In this document: one piece after another, positions 41,106 through 51,362 of the stretch
Numbering within the stretch: position 1 is the first letter of the stretch
Layout of the letters: every line of letters begins with the position of its first letter
NCBI GenBank assembly: GCA_021775775.1
Contig: JAJFHF010000109.1
Location: 1 to 56,357 of the forward strand
Reading direction: 5' to 3'
Origin: Hyphomicrobiaceae bacterium
Lineage (GTDB): Bacteria; Pseudomonadota; Alphaproteobacteria; Rhizobiales; HXMU1428-3
Length of the DNA: 56,357 bases
The notes under the pieces: model-generated
The model's database searches: none
The model's input: only the letters and a program-made list of their open reading frames with translations
Told to the model about the DNA's origin: nothing
Program-made: the position numbers and the translations under genes

Positions 41106-42092
41106 TCACTTTCCGCTCTTAGCCAATTTTTTGCGTTTTAAAGCCAGCCAACGCCGACAAGAAGGGCGCTTCAAATTGCATGAAATTTTTATTTTGGGGT
41201 GAGAAGCGCCCCGGCTCACGCGCCTGATACCCATTTTTTTATACCGAACCTGAAGCGCGGCCACCCAATCCAACTTCGACACAACAGCTGGACCAGCACT
41301 CATTAAAGGCAACGGAGCAATACATTGCCCCTGCACCTTTGACGTCTCATCACCTTGTTGAAAAAGGGACACCTGATACCCCTTTGCACAAACAGTAATC
41401 ACCGGCAAAACCCGATATTTATTAAAATAATCATAGACCAGCTGCAAATCTTGCCAAAACTCATTCCATTTGGTCTCTTTATGCGCCGCCCACTTAGCCC
41501 GCTCAAAGCGAAACGGAAAAATATGAATAGGCACCTCAGTTTGCCCCCCACGCGCACTCAGTGTCACAAGTGAAAAAAGCTCTCGCATTGGACCATCTTT
41601 GAGGGCAAAACATCCCTTAGATGAACACCCCCCATGAATTAAAAGATAAGACCCCGTGCGCCCTTGTTGAGCATCAAAAACATTAGGAAACCCCAAGTTC
41701 AAAGCTTTAGGCCATTTGGCCGAGCGCCATAAAAGATCTTCCAAAGGGACATGATAAAACCCTTCAGGCGCTTGCCCATCCCCTTCAACAAGTTTTGGTC
41801 CCAACGTTCCTGAATAATTACAAATATCAAAACTACGAAATAATTTATAACTGCCCTTTGATTGCACCCAAACCTCAAGCGTTTTTTCCACTTTAAACAA
41901 TCTGATATATATTTTGGGCCGCACAGAAAACCCCGTACCTCGCAATCTAGTAATCTGAGCCAATTCTGAGGGGGTAAGGTCTTTTGTAAGTTGTAAAGAC
42001 TTTAAATCAACGCCCGGTTCACGTGCATCAGCTGCCTCTTTTCCAAAAAAGAGCGCCATCAAACAGAGTATAAAAACAAAAGTCCCGCGCAC
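41106..42092 (-). CDS. Murein L,D-transpeptidase family protein, YafK/LdtF(DpaA)-like
   Basis: IRLFK.EK.LEVW, ICNYSGTLGPK..EGD.QAPEGFY, LNLGFPN, IHGGCSSKGCFA, HIFPFR. Confidence 0.9.
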   Translation of the reverse strand: MRGTFVFILCLMALFFGKEAADAREPGVDLKSLQLTKDLTPSELAQITRLRGTGFSVRPKIYIRLFKVEKTLEVWVQSKGSYKLFRSFDICNYSGTLGPKLVEGDGQAPEGFYHVPLEDLLWRSAKWPKALNLGFPNVFDAQQGRTGSYLLIHGGCSSKGCFALKDGPMRELFSLVTLSARGGQTEVPIHIFPFRFERAKWAAHKETKWNEFWQDLQLVYDYFNKYRVLPVITVCAKGYQVSLFQQGDETSKVQGQCIAPLPLMSAGPAVVSKLDWVAALQVRYKKMGIRRVSRGASHPKIKISCNLKRPSCRRWLALKRKKLAKSGK

Positions 42093-42333
42093 AAAATCTC
42101 CTCGTCATTGCCGATGGGCAAATAAATTCGATGACAAGATTGATCACCCCAGTGGTTTAAGCGTTAAACAAGTCACAAACTTGCTAAAAACACACAATTG
42201 CCAAGGTAATAAAAAATTTACCATGATTTTACATGACAAATACCCATATTCACGTAAAAATGTTACAAGCTTAATGAGAAATTATAGTAAATGCATCCAT
42301 TGAACTAAAAAATGCGTAAGGGGTTCTCAACTC

Positions 42334-42693
42334 ATGTCCATTCAATTTCAAATAAATAGCACAAAAACTGCAAAAAAATTACGCCTATCAGGCCTTTGCA
42401 CCATCGCCATTATAGCAATAATGGGCGCCAATTCCGCCCAGGCTGGCTCTCGCAGCTTCAATGATGACCGAGGCTTTTTCTTATTCGATCTTTTTGGATC
42501 AGCCCAAAATAGCAAATATCGCAAGCCAAGCCCACAAGTGCGCGGTTTCAAAAGAAGTGTCGGGGGCTACTCTTATCGATTTTCAGACACCCTTGACGGC
42601 TATGGGTCAAAACCACGTGATTTTGGCCCCATCTTTGAAACAGGCATCTTTTCTGACCGTTTAGGTGTAGATGGACCATATATTGGCGATTAA
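42334..42693 (+). CDS. Small secreted hypothetical protein (Gly/aromatic-rich)
   Basis: Signal peptide ending AQA; followed by a terminator. Confidence 0.7.
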   Translation: MSIQFQINSTKTAKKLRLSGLCTIAIIAIMGANSAQAGSRSFNDDRGFFLFDLFGSAQNSKYRKPSPQVRGFKRSVGGYSYRFSDTLDGYGSKPRDFGPIFETGIFSDRLGVDGPYIGD

Positions 42694-42746
42694 GTCTCTT
42701 CGCAAGGGTCCCTCTGTTGGATTAAAAAGCGTCTTTAATAGTTTAG

Positions 42747-42782
42747 AAAATGGCTTAAACTTTATTGTTTAAGCCATTTTTT
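42747..42782 (+). terminator. Rho-independent terminator
   Basis: aaaatggcttaaac-tttatt-gtttaagccatttttt. Confidence 0.8.
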
Positions 42783-42895
42783 ATTTGACTTGCGCCATCA
42801 GGGCTAAGAACATATCCAAACGAACCAAATAGGGGTCTGCTTAAATCATCAAGCAGAAATTGAACAAATCACTCGTATGATAAAAGAGGTCAATT

Positions 42896-43210
42896 ATGAG
42901 TAAAAATAGTGCGTATAAATGTCTAACGACAAGTCTTTTTGTGGTCAGTTTGCTATTCATAACGATGGCAAACCCCAACGATGCCCAAGCCAAATGCAAA
43001 AAATTTGGCTTTACCGTCAATGATTACGGCAAAGAAGGCCCAACGAATGATGCAAAAAATCTAGTCGATAAATTTGTAGCCGAATGGATGGCAAAAAACG
43101 GCATCAAAAAATATCGCACAACACCCAAAAAAGTTTCCTGCGAACTCTTTTTAGATGTTGGCCTGTTTGATGAATATACCTGCCGAGCAGATACACTCGC
43201 CTGCTGGTAG
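42896..43210 (+). CDS. Small secreted protein with four Cys
   Basis: RBS GAGG; signal peptide ending AQA; KC..FGFTVNDYGKEGP...VSCELFLD...DEYTC....ACW. Confidence 0.78.
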   Translation: MSKNSAYKCLTTSLFVVSLLFITMANPNDAQAKCKKFGFTVNDYGKEGPTNDAKNLVDKFVAEWMAKNGIKKYRTTPKKVSCELFLDVGLFDEYTCRADTLACW

Positions 43211-43247
43211 ATCGTCTTTAAAACACAACAATCAAAACCGCGCATAT

Positions 43248-43282
43248 TTTAAAAGCTAAGGAAATACTCCTTAGCTTTTAAA
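43248..43282. terminator. Bidirectional terminator between convergent genes
   Basis: tttaaaagctaagga-aatac-tccttagcttttaaa perfect inverted repeat. Confidence 0.8.
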
Positions 43283-43293
43283 TGTTCGCCCTC

Positions 43294-44208
43294 TCATCGC
43301 ACGTCACGAACAGACTTTAAAGTAGAGGCACAAACCCACCAATCTTCGTGCTCTTCTTTCAAAGACCGCGCCCCAGCCCTTGCCGACTCGAAGCTTTCAA
43401 ACAATCCAAAACATGTAGCCCCAGAGCCTGAAAGCCTTGCAATCTGACACCCCGGCACACCATCAATCATCTCTATCACATGCCCAATGATCGGCGCCTC
43501 CTTTAAGCAAGCCTTCAGCAAATCATTAGGACAAGCCTTCATCATCTCAACCACATCTCTTACACAATCAAAACGCAATGAAGGGACAGAATTTTTTTTA
43601 GGGCCTGCCTCTATTTGAGGGCAATCCAACCCATGAAAAATAGACTTGGTCGAAATACCCACACCCGGATTGACCAATAAAATTCCCATCGAAGGAAATT
43701 TATCAAGAGGGCGAACAACTTCGCCAATCCCGCTCATAAATGCTGGCTTCGAGAGCAAACATACAGGCACATCCGCGCCAAAGCGTTGGCCAAAACTGGC
43801 TTGTTCATCAACGGAAAAAGAAAGGTCGAAACGCCGCTCCATTAAACGCAAAAAAGCAGCTGCATCAGCAGAACCACCACCGATGCCAGCGCCAACGGGT
43901 AAATTTTTCTCTAAGTGAAGCACCCCAATATCATCAATGCCAAAATCAGATGCCAGAGCCCGCACAACATGAGAGATCAAATTTTCACCTTCAATAGAAG
44001 AGGCAAATCTCCCGCTAAGCTTAAGGTCAAACCCTCGCCCAGGCTCCAAAATCAATTGATCACCCAGATCACAAAAGCCAACAACACTAGAAAGCTCATG
44101 ATAGCCATCAAGCCGTCGTCCCAAAATTGTGAGAGATAAATTAATCTTCGCCCAAGCAGTCTCATGAAGACCATTAAGTTTAGAAAAACCAGAAGTAAGG
44201 TCTGACAA
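43294..44208 (-). CDS. ispE: 4-diphosphocytidyl-2-C-methyl-D-erythritol kinase
   Basis: AKINLSL, DGYHEL, KNLPVGAGIGGGSADAA, GADVP, LSGSGATCFG. Confidence 0.96.
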   Translation of the reverse strand: MSDLTSGFSKLNGLHETAWAKINLSLTILGRRLDGYHELSSVVGFCDLGDQLILEPGRGFDLKLSGRFASSIEGENLISHVVRALASDFGIDDIGVLHLEKNLPVGAGIGGGSADAAAFLRLMERRFDLSFSVDEQASFGQRFGADVPVCLLSKPAFMSGIGEVVRPLDKFPSMGILLVNPGVGISTKSIFHGLDCPQIEAGPKKNSVPSLRFDCVRDVVEMMKACPNDLLKACLKEAPIIGHVIEMIDGVPGCQIARLSGSGATCFGLFESFESARAGARSLKEEHEDWWVCASTLKSVRDVR

Positions 44209-44304
44209 AGCTATCGGCCCCTCATATCACTCAATTTTAAAAAAAATGTATGCAAGGCATTTCTTCAAAAAAAGCGCCTACAAAAAACAAATTTAAAGAG
44301 ACCT

Positions 44305-46029
44305 CTACTGAGAAACCTTAGCTTGTTCTTTATCAGTTAAGCCTGACGTCATTTTTTGATTTATTTGCATGATCAGATCTTTTTCTGGCTCAAGGCTTAA
44401 CACCTGTTTCCATTGATATCTGGCCTCATTATGACGGCCAACGCGCCAATAAACATCACCCAAATGATCATTAATCACCGGGTCATCCGGTTGTAAGCTA
44501 ACCGCTTTTTCCAACAAACCAACCGCGTCTTTATACTTACCTAGACGATAATAAGCCCACCCCAAACTATCAACATAATAACCGCTATTGGGTTTTAACT
44601 TAACCGCTTTACGAATAAGCGTTAAAGCTTGTTGCAAATGCAAATTCTGATCAACCCAGCTATAGCCTAAATAATTCAACACTTCAGGTTGGTTCGGGCT
44701 TAAGCGCAGCGCCTCTTTAAAGTCCAGCTCAGCTTTATCCCACATTTTCTGGCGTTCATAACTTATGCCGCGCCCATAAAAATAAAACCAATCTTTGGGT
44801 TCTTTGTGCGGTAGCAAGCTCAAAGCTTTTGAATAATTCAGCGAAGATTCAGCATATTTTTTATCATCCAAATTGAGCTTGGCCAGCGCATTAAATAAAT
44901 CAATATCGTTTTCGTTTTGAGGGGCCAAAGCACCCAACAACTCTAAAGCCGTATCAGAAGCGCCCTTAGCACTCAAAGTCTGAGCTTTTAAAATCTGCGC
45001 ATCAAGCCAAATTGGCGTCGTAGGTTTCACATTATTTAAAAAAACAAGAGAGCGGTCAAACTTACGAGCCCGGTATAAAAGATTAGCCAAAGAATAATCT
45101 GCCGCCGCAAATTCAGGCCGCAAAAACCGAGCCATCTGTAAGAATATCAACCCATCATCAATACCGCCATTTTCAGCGCGGCGGTCCCCAAGACTGAAAA
45201 AAATCTCAGAGAGCCCTTCTTTTGAATTGCTCACATAAGGTACAATCGTTGTCTTCGTTTTAATTTGCGTCAACAGCTGATCTAAATCAGGGTGACGATA
45301 ACGGCTCTTTTTGAAATGTGACGTTAAAACCTCAACGGCTTTTTCTTCTTGTCCATTTTTAGCTAAGAATTGAGAATAAGAACCAACCAGCCGCACCATC
45401 TGATGATACTTACGATACAACCGAGAATAAGCCTTGTTGGCATCTTTGGTCTTACCATTTAGATCAGCAATTAAAGCCCTATGATATTGTTGATAATCAC
45501 GAACCCAGTCTTTATCTGATTTTTCATTCAGCAATTTCATCGCTTTGTCATATTGCTTTTGATCTGACAAAATCCAAGCTTGAGCAATCTTTGAAATAAG
45601 CCCCGCAAGTGGCCCTTCATTGCTCGCAATGAAATGAGCATGCGCCCCCTTATGATTTCCATCATGGAATTCATCAATGCCTCGAAATAACCGGGCAAAG
45701 GGGTGAGAAGGCTCAATTGTAATGAGACGATCGGCCAAGTCCCGAGAGACATTCCAATCACCGCCCATAAGTTCAAGAAGAAAAGCTTGTTCTAATATAC
45801 GCCGGTTGCCGGGTTCATAATCCAAAGCCCGGCGCATATAGCGCTTGGCTTGCTCAGTATCATGTTTGCTGCTGGCATAGCGTCCAGCCAGGTAACTGCC
45901 AAGAAAAGAATTTGGCTGCATAAGATCATTATCATCGGACCGAGCACTAAGAAAACCGCCAGATAGCATTAAACTGCTCATTAAAAACAAGCAAAAAACC
46001 ATTAAAGAAAAAGATAAATATCTATTCAT
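44305..46029 (-). CDS. Tetratricopeptide repeat protein (conserved upstream of ispE)
   Basis: GSYLAGR, LNYLGYSW, YVDSLGWAYY, DPVINDHLGDVYW; start placed at MNRYLSF (ORF open to 46065). Confidence 0.92.
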   Translation of the reverse strand: MNRYLSFSLMVFCLFLMSSLMLSGGFLSARSDDNDLMQPNSFLGSYLAGRYASSKHDTEQAKRYMRRALDYEPGNRRILEQAFLLELMGGDWNVSRDLADRLITIEPSHPFARLFRGIDEFHDGNHKGAHAHFIASNEGPLAGLISKIAQAWILSDQKQYDKAMKLLNEKSDKDWVRDYQQYHRALIADLNGKTKDANKAYSRLYRKYHQMVRLVGSYSQFLAKNGQEEKAVEVLTSHFKKSRYRHPDLDQLLTQIKTKTTIVPYVSNSKEGLSEIFFSLGDRRAENGGIDDGLIFLQMARFLRPEFAAADYSLANLLYRARKFDRSLVFLNNVKPTTPIWLDAQILKAQTLSAKGASDTALELLGALAPQNENDIDLFNALAKLNLDDKKYAESSLNYSKALSLLPHKEPKDWFYFYGRGISYERQKMWDKAELDFKEALRLSPNQPEVLNYLGYSWVDQNLHLQQALTLIRKAVKLKPNSGYYVDSLGWAYYRLGKYKDAVGLLEKAVSLQPDDPVINDHLGDVYWRVGRHNEARYQWKQVLSLEPEKDLIMQINQKMTSGLTDKEQAKVSQ

Positions 46030-46420
46030 GAGGGTTTGCAATCCTATAAACACAGTGAATTCCAATTTAAACAGGCCATAACGTCAATAAAATGGCTTGT
46101 TTAAATGCCCATTACAAGACTCAATTAATCAACATTCCCATAGTATCATTCTTTAAAAAGGGAAATCTACAACATAAACTCACTTCTTCAAGAAAATGCC
46201 AAAAATGTTACCAACATTTAATGACCATTATGAGCTTAAATAAATTCAAAAAAGTGTTTTGGCTAAAAAAACAACGTATGAAACAAAAATAGCCATCTCC
46301 CCTCTCAAGATCCTATAAAAAGATAGCGTAAGGGGCTCAACCACCTATAATAAATATAGTTTGGGGTAATCCCACCAAACAATCAATATCGTTTCTGATT
46401 CACACAAAAACAAAGAGGTA

Positions 46421-47053
46421 ATGAAAATGGAATGGCTCTATGCTTTTGCAGCAGCACTTTTTTCAATGATGAATCCAATCGGTAACACTGGTATTTTTAG
46501 CTCGCTAACGGCTAACAAATCTTCATCTGAAAGACGAAAAATCATCCAATCATGCATGCTAGCCATCATAATAATATTGCTCATATCAACCTGGTTAGGT
46601 GCCATTGCCTTAAATTTATTAGGTATCAATTTGCATGAGCTACGCACAGCTGGTGGGATCATCGTATTATTAATCGGGCTAAGAATGTTATTCAACGACA
46701 CCTCTCATGCACAAACCAAAAAAGAAGCAAAAGATGCTGAAAATCAAGACTCTATAGCCATTGTCCCCCTCGCAATCCCTCTGATTGCAGGCCCCGGGGT
46801 CATCTCCTTAATTGTCGCCACAGCCAACCAACATACAACCACCACAGATCGCCTGTACATCACAATTATCTGCATCATTATAACCCTTGCAACGGGACTT
46901 GTTTTTTCATTTTCAAAAAAGATTACCGCCTACTTGGGTGAAAACGGTATGGCTGTTATGACCCGCATCATGGGCATGGTTTTATGCACCATAGCCATAG
47001 GTATGCTAGCACAAGGCATCAAAGGGTTATTTCCTGAAATTTTTACCCCCTAA
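46421..47053 (+). CDS. MarC family membrane protein
   Basis: MNPIGN, AGGI, IVPLAIPLIAGPG, TRIMG. Confidence 0.93.
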   Translation: MKMEWLYAFAAALFSMMNPIGNTGIFSSLTANKSSSERRKIIQSCMLAIIIILLISTWLGAIALNLLGINLHELRTAGGIIVLLIGLRMLFNDTSHAQTKKEAKDAENQDSIAIVPLAIPLIAGPGVISLIVATANQHTTTTDRLYITIICIIITLATGLVFSFSKKITAYLGENGMAVMTRIMGMVLCTIAIGMLAQGIKGLFPEIFTP

Positions 47054-47096
47054 GATTTAAAGCAACACGAAACAAAAAAGCCACCCAAAAACCAAA

Positions 47097-48785
47097 CTAC
47101 ATATTTGGATAGTTAGGCCCCCCGCCGCCTTCTGGGGTAACCCAAGTGATATTCGCGCTAGGGTCTTTAATATCGCAGGTTTTGCAATGGACACAATTTT
47201 GGCTATTAATCTGAAACCGTTTTTGACCTGTGGTTTCATCATCAATCACTTCATACACACCAGCTGGGCAATAACGCTGCGCCGGTTCATCAAATTGCGG
47301 CAAGTTATAAGAAATAGGAATGGCTGGGTCTGAGAGTAGCAAATGAGAAGGTTGTTCTTCTCCATGGTTGGTTGCTGAAAAGCTAACATTGGTCAACCGA
47401 TCAAAAGACAACACCCCATCTGGTTTTGGATAGTCAATTTGCGCGTAATCTTTCGCGTGGCCAGTCGCCTCGGCATCTGTTTTCCCATGGCTAATGGTAC
47501 CCAAAGGATTCCACTTAATCAGGTTGGCAACCCACATATCAAAACCGCCCAATGTTAGCCCGGCCAAAGGACCAAGCCATCCCGTCAACGGCGCGACATT
47601 GCGCACTGGTTTTAAATCTTTAGCAATCGGTCCTGTTCGCAGCGCTTCATCATAAAGACCCAACTCATCACCAGATCTTTTGTTTGAAAGCGCATCAACA
47701 GCCGCCTGCGCCGCCGCAATCCCAGACAACATCGCATTATGGTTGCCTTTGATGCGCGGCAAATTAACAAGCCCAGCGCTACAACCAAGCAAAGCCCCGC
47801 CGGGAAAGACGGCTTTAGGTATGGATTGAAACCCACCTTTGGTCACCACACGGGCACCATAAGCAATCCGCTTGCCACCCTCTAATACAGGGGCAATTTC
47901 AGGGTGATGCTTCCATCGTTGAAACTCATGATAAGGGGACAAATGCGGATTTTTATAACTCAAATCAACAATATACCCGACATAAACTTGATTATCTTCT
48001 AGGTGATACATAAACGAGCCACCACCAGCCTTGTACCCCAACGGCCAACCCATCGTGTGGGTCACCTGGCCAAGTCTATGGTTCTCGGGTTTAACTTCCC
48101 AAATCTCTTTCATGCCTAAACCAAATTTGGGCACATCACAGTCATCATCTAAACCATAGTTAGCAATCACCTGTTTGGATAAAGACCCGCGCGCGCCTTC
48201 ACTTAAAAATACATATTTGCCCTTTAAGATCATACCAGGCTCATAATTAGGCCCCGGCTTCCCATTGCGCACCCGGCCAAACTCACCCGCCACAACGCCA
48301 ACAACCTCGCCGCTCTCTCCATAAACCAATTCAGAACACGCCATCGAAGGGAAAATCTCAACACCAAGATCTTCAGCTTGTTCTGCCATCCAACGACAAA
48401 CATTCCCCATTGAGCAGATATAAGCCCCATGATTGCTCATCAAAGGCGGCATCAAAAAATTAGGAATGCGCAAAGACCCAGCTGGCCCAAGCATTAAAAA
48501 TCGGTCTTGTTCAACCGGGGTCTTTATTGGAGCCCCTTTATCGCGCCACTCAGGAATTAACTGATCAAGCCCAACAGGGTCCAATACACAACCAGATAAA
48601 ATATGTGCGCCAACTTCAGAGCCTTTTTCTAAGACGACGACATTGATGTTACTATCAAGTTGTTTTAATCGTATCGCAGCAGAAAGCCCCGCTGGCCCCG
48701 CGCCCACAATCACGACATCAAAGTCCATTTCTTCTCGATCTGGCGTTTCGATTGTTTGAGAATGATCTGTTTGTTCTTCAACCAT
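47097..48785 (-). CDS. Electron transfer flavoprotein-ubiquinone oxidoreductase
   Basis: GAGPAGLSAAIRL, EKGSEVGAHILSG, YCPAGVYE, QNCVHCKTCDIKDP, PEGGGGPNY. Confidence 0.97.
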   Translation of the reverse strand: MVEEQTDHSQTIETPDREEMDFDVVIVGAGPAGLSAAIRLKQLDSNINVVVLEKGSEVGAHILSGCVLDPVGLDQLIPEWRDKGAPIKTPVEQDRFLMLGPAGSLRIPNFLMPPLMSNHGAYICSMGNVCRWMAEQAEDLGVEIFPSMACSELVYGESGEVVGVVAGEFGRVRNGKPGPNYEPGMILKGKYVFLSEGARGSLSKQVIANYGLDDDCDVPKFGLGMKEIWEVKPENHRLGQVTHTMGWPLGYKAGGGSFMYHLEDNQVYVGYIVDLSYKNPHLSPYHEFQRWKHHPEIAPVLEGGKRIAYGARVVTKGGFQSIPKAVFPGGALLGCSAGLVNLPRIKGNHNAMLSGIAAAQAAVDALSNKRSGDELGLYDEALRTGPIAKDLKPVRNVAPLTGWLGPLAGLTLGGFDMWVANLIKWNPLGTISHGKTDAEATGHAKDYAQIDYPKPDGVLSFDRLTNVSFSATNHGEEQPSHLLLSDPAIPISYNLPQFDEPAQRYCPAGVYEVIDDETTGQKRFQINSQNCVHCKTCDIKDPSANITWVTPEGGGGPNYPNM

Positions 48786-48987
48786 GACAACTTTCTAACA
48801 TGATAATTTCCTAACATGACAGCCTTCAAAAGTTAGGTCTTTGCAATCAAATGAAGGCCGATATCCCATTATAGTATTTTGCATCAATCAAACTCACATG
48901 ATAAAGAAAGTTTAATGAACATCAATCATCTATACTCTTTTGATGATCAGTTTAAAGCGCGAATGCACATAAAGGGCAATAGTGTAA

Positions 48988-49905
48988 ATGGCCAATACCA
49001 TTAAAAATAGCGAACAACTCTGCAATTTTAGGGACGTTTTAAGCTGGTACGAGGCTATGGGAGTGGATGCAACCATCCAAGAACAACCTCTCAATTGGCT
49101 AGAAGAAGCCGCAACCATAGATAAATCATGGATTGTATTTGAAAACGATCAAAAGCGCTCATTGCTCACCCCAACCCAACAAAACACACCAACTGTAACA
49201 AATAACCAGCAAACCCATGCACCAGAAGAACGTCGCGCCCCTCCTCTAACGCATCGCTTAGCTCCAGAACAACACACAGCCCCCCAAACCACAGCGCCAT
49301 TGTTACAACCCTCCATAGAGCAAGCCAAAACAATCGCCAAATCATGCCAGACGCTAGAAAGTTTACAAAGCGCCCTCTTAGAGTTTGACGGCTGCGCCCT
49401 GAAACGCACAGCCAAAAATCTTGTATTTTATCGCGGCGCACAACAAGCCCCCTTAATGGTAATTGGAGAAGCGCCGGGCCGTGATGAAGATATTGTTGGA
49501 AAGCCCTTTGTCGGGCCAGCTGGTCAATTACTAGATCGCATGCTCAAAGCCATCAACATAGAGAGTAAGGAGGCCCACATTACCAACATCGTTTATTGGC
49601 GCCCTCCAGGCAACCGCCCCCCCACAGAGCAAGAAGTCGCAATCTGTCGCCCTTTCCTTGATCGTCAAATTGAATTGGTAAACCCCAAAACTATACTTTT
49701 TCTAGGCGGAACGGCGGCCAAACAAATGTATCAAACCCCCATGGGCATCACCAAATTACGCGGAAAATGGAAAAAAATCCCAGGCGATCACCATCAAATG
49801 GACACGATCGCCACACTACATCCAGCCTACCTACTTCGAACCCCTATCGCCAAACGCCTAGCTTGGCAAGATTTGCAACTCATTGCTAAAAAACTGGAGA
49901 GCTAA
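48988..49905 (+). CDS. Uracil-DNA glycosylase, family 4
   Basis: GEAPGRDED..GKPFVGPAGQLLDRML, WRPPGNR.P, HPAYLLR. Confidence 0.93.
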   Translation: MANTIKNSEQLCNFRDVLSWYEAMGVDATIQEQPLNWLEEAATIDKSWIVFENDQKRSLLTPTQQNTPTVTNNQQTHAPEERRAPPLTHRLAPEQHTAPQTTAPLLQPSIEQAKTIAKSCQTLESLQSALLEFDGCALKRTAKNLVFYRGAQQAPLMVIGEAPGRDEDIVGKPFVGPAGQLLDRMLKAINIESKEAHITNIVYWRPPGNRPPTEQEVAICRPFLDRQIELVNPKTILFLGGTAAKQMYQTPMGITKLRGKWKKIPGDHHQMDTIATLHPAYLLRTPIAKRLAWQDLQLIAKKLES

Positions 49906-50376
49906 ATGGACGTTAGAATCAAAACCTTGGAACCAACCGAGATCATCACGTCTTTCGCGCTTGGTCCATATCCAGAATCCGCTCCCAAAGCATGGGATCA
50001 ATTGTTCGCTTGGCTTGGGCAAAGCAGCGAGATTTCGCCAAAACAATTGATGGGCTTTGGTATGGATGACCCAAACTGCACCCCGCAGCATCTTATCAGA
50101 TATGTAGCAGCGATGAGCTATGAGGGAACAGCTCAAAAAGTCCCAGAAAAAAACATTTACCCCATGCAGCTCAAAGGGGGAAAATATGCCATCTACACAA
50201 TGAAGGGCCCCTACCAGAAAATGCCGGAAATATTTGCCAAATTAAAAGAGGAGTGGTTGCCCTCTACACAATATCAATTGGATTTCTATCGCCCCTTTTT
50301 AGAAATTTACTTAAATGACCCCACCCAAACCAAGGAAGAAGACTACCTAACAGACCTCCATCTCCCCTTACTGTGA
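49906..50376 (+). CDS. GyrI-like small-molecule-binding domain protein
   Basis: GPY....AW..L..W, DDP..T, GGKYA....GPY, EIYLNDP, TDLHLP. Confidence 0.88.
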   Translation: MDVRIKTLEPTEIITSFALGPYPESAPKAWDQLFAWLGQSSEISPKQLMGFGMDDPNCTPQHLIRYVAAMSYEGTAQKVPEKNIYPMQLKGGKYAIYTMKGPYQKMPEIFAKLKEEWLPSTQYQLDFYRPFLEIYLNDPTQTKEEDYLTDLHLPLL

Positions 50377-50506
50377 AACAACAAATCTTAGATAATAAGA
50401 ACAACCCCAAACCAATAAAATAACACGAGTCAAGGAATCCTTTGCATAAATGAGCCACACCCTATAATATGCATTAAAAATACATATTAAATGGCAAGGG
50501 TTCACG

Positions 50507-50671
50507 ATGCAAAAACAAAATATCTTTTTAAAAATCTTTTTCGCGCCAGGCAACTACGTCATTCGCAAAGTTGGTATCAGCATTGAAGAAGATGGCGGCA
50601 TTCTGCGCTCTTTTATAAATATGTGTTTCTGGAGTGTTATCATCCTTATGTGCATACCTCTTTTTCTTTGA
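50507..50671 (+). CDS. Small membrane protein, 54 aa (not in ORF track)
   Basis: MQKQNIFLKIFFAPGNYVIRKVGISIEEDGGILRSFINMCFWSVIILMCIPLFL*; AAGGG RBS; C-terminal TM helix. Confidence 0.65.
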   Translation: MQKQNIFLKIFFAPGNYVIRKVGISIEEDGGILRSFINMCFWSVIILMCIPLFL

Positions 50672-50825
50672 TGACACCAAAGAGCAACCATCAGCGCTCT
50701 TTTTTCTCTTTTCACATCGCACGATGACACATCTCATTTGACATAGACCAAATTTTTCACTCATTAATAGTGTAAAAACATCTCATCACTTCATCAATCG
50801 TGCAACAAATCAAAGAGACCATCCC

Positions 50826-51362
50826 ATGACCGGCATAGACGAAACCCTCCCCTTCATTCCCATCGAGATTGCAATCATGACTGTCTCTGACACGCGCACA
50901 CAAAAAGATGACAAGTCAGGCACATTACTTGGAAATATGCTGCAAGAAGCAGGACACACCCTAGCCGATCAAGCCATTGTGCGTGATGACATCAAAGACA
51001 TCCAAACACAAATAAAAAGCTGGGTGGAACAACCATCAATCGATGCAATCATAACCACTGGCGGAACGGGCTTCACGGGAAGAGATGTCACACCAGAGGC
51101 CCTTACCCCATTGTTCGACAAACATATTGATGGCTTTTCGGCCCTTTTCCATCAACTTTCTTATGAAAAAATCGGCACCTCAACCATACAATCACGCGCT
51201 TGCGGCGGCCTAATTAAAGACACTTTCATATTTTGTGTTCCCGGCTCACCAGGGGCGTGCAAAGATGCCTGGCACGGCATTTTAAAATACCAACTCGACA
51301 GCCGTCATCGGCCCTGCAATTTTGTTGAAATCATGCCCCGCCTTATGGAACACAAAACATAA
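50826..51362 (+). CDS. moaB: Molybdenum cofactor biosynthesis protein B
   Basis: TVSDTRT..DDKSG, ITTGGTGFTGRDVTPEA, STIQSRA, PGSPGAC, RPCNF. Confidence 0.96.
   Translation: MTGIDETLPFIPIEIAIMTVSDTRTQKDDKSGTLLGNMLQEAGHTLADQAIVRDDIKDIQTQIKSWVEQPSIDAIITTGGTGFTGRDVTPEALTPLFDKHIDGFSALFHQLSYEKIGTSTIQSRACGGLIKDTFIFCVPGSPGACKDAWHGILKYQLDSRHRPCNFVEIMPRLMEHKT

Noticed and set aside
50528-50764. 78-aa minus-strand ORF from the track
   Set aside because: No protein-like features; overlaps a better plus-strand 54-aa ORF with RBS
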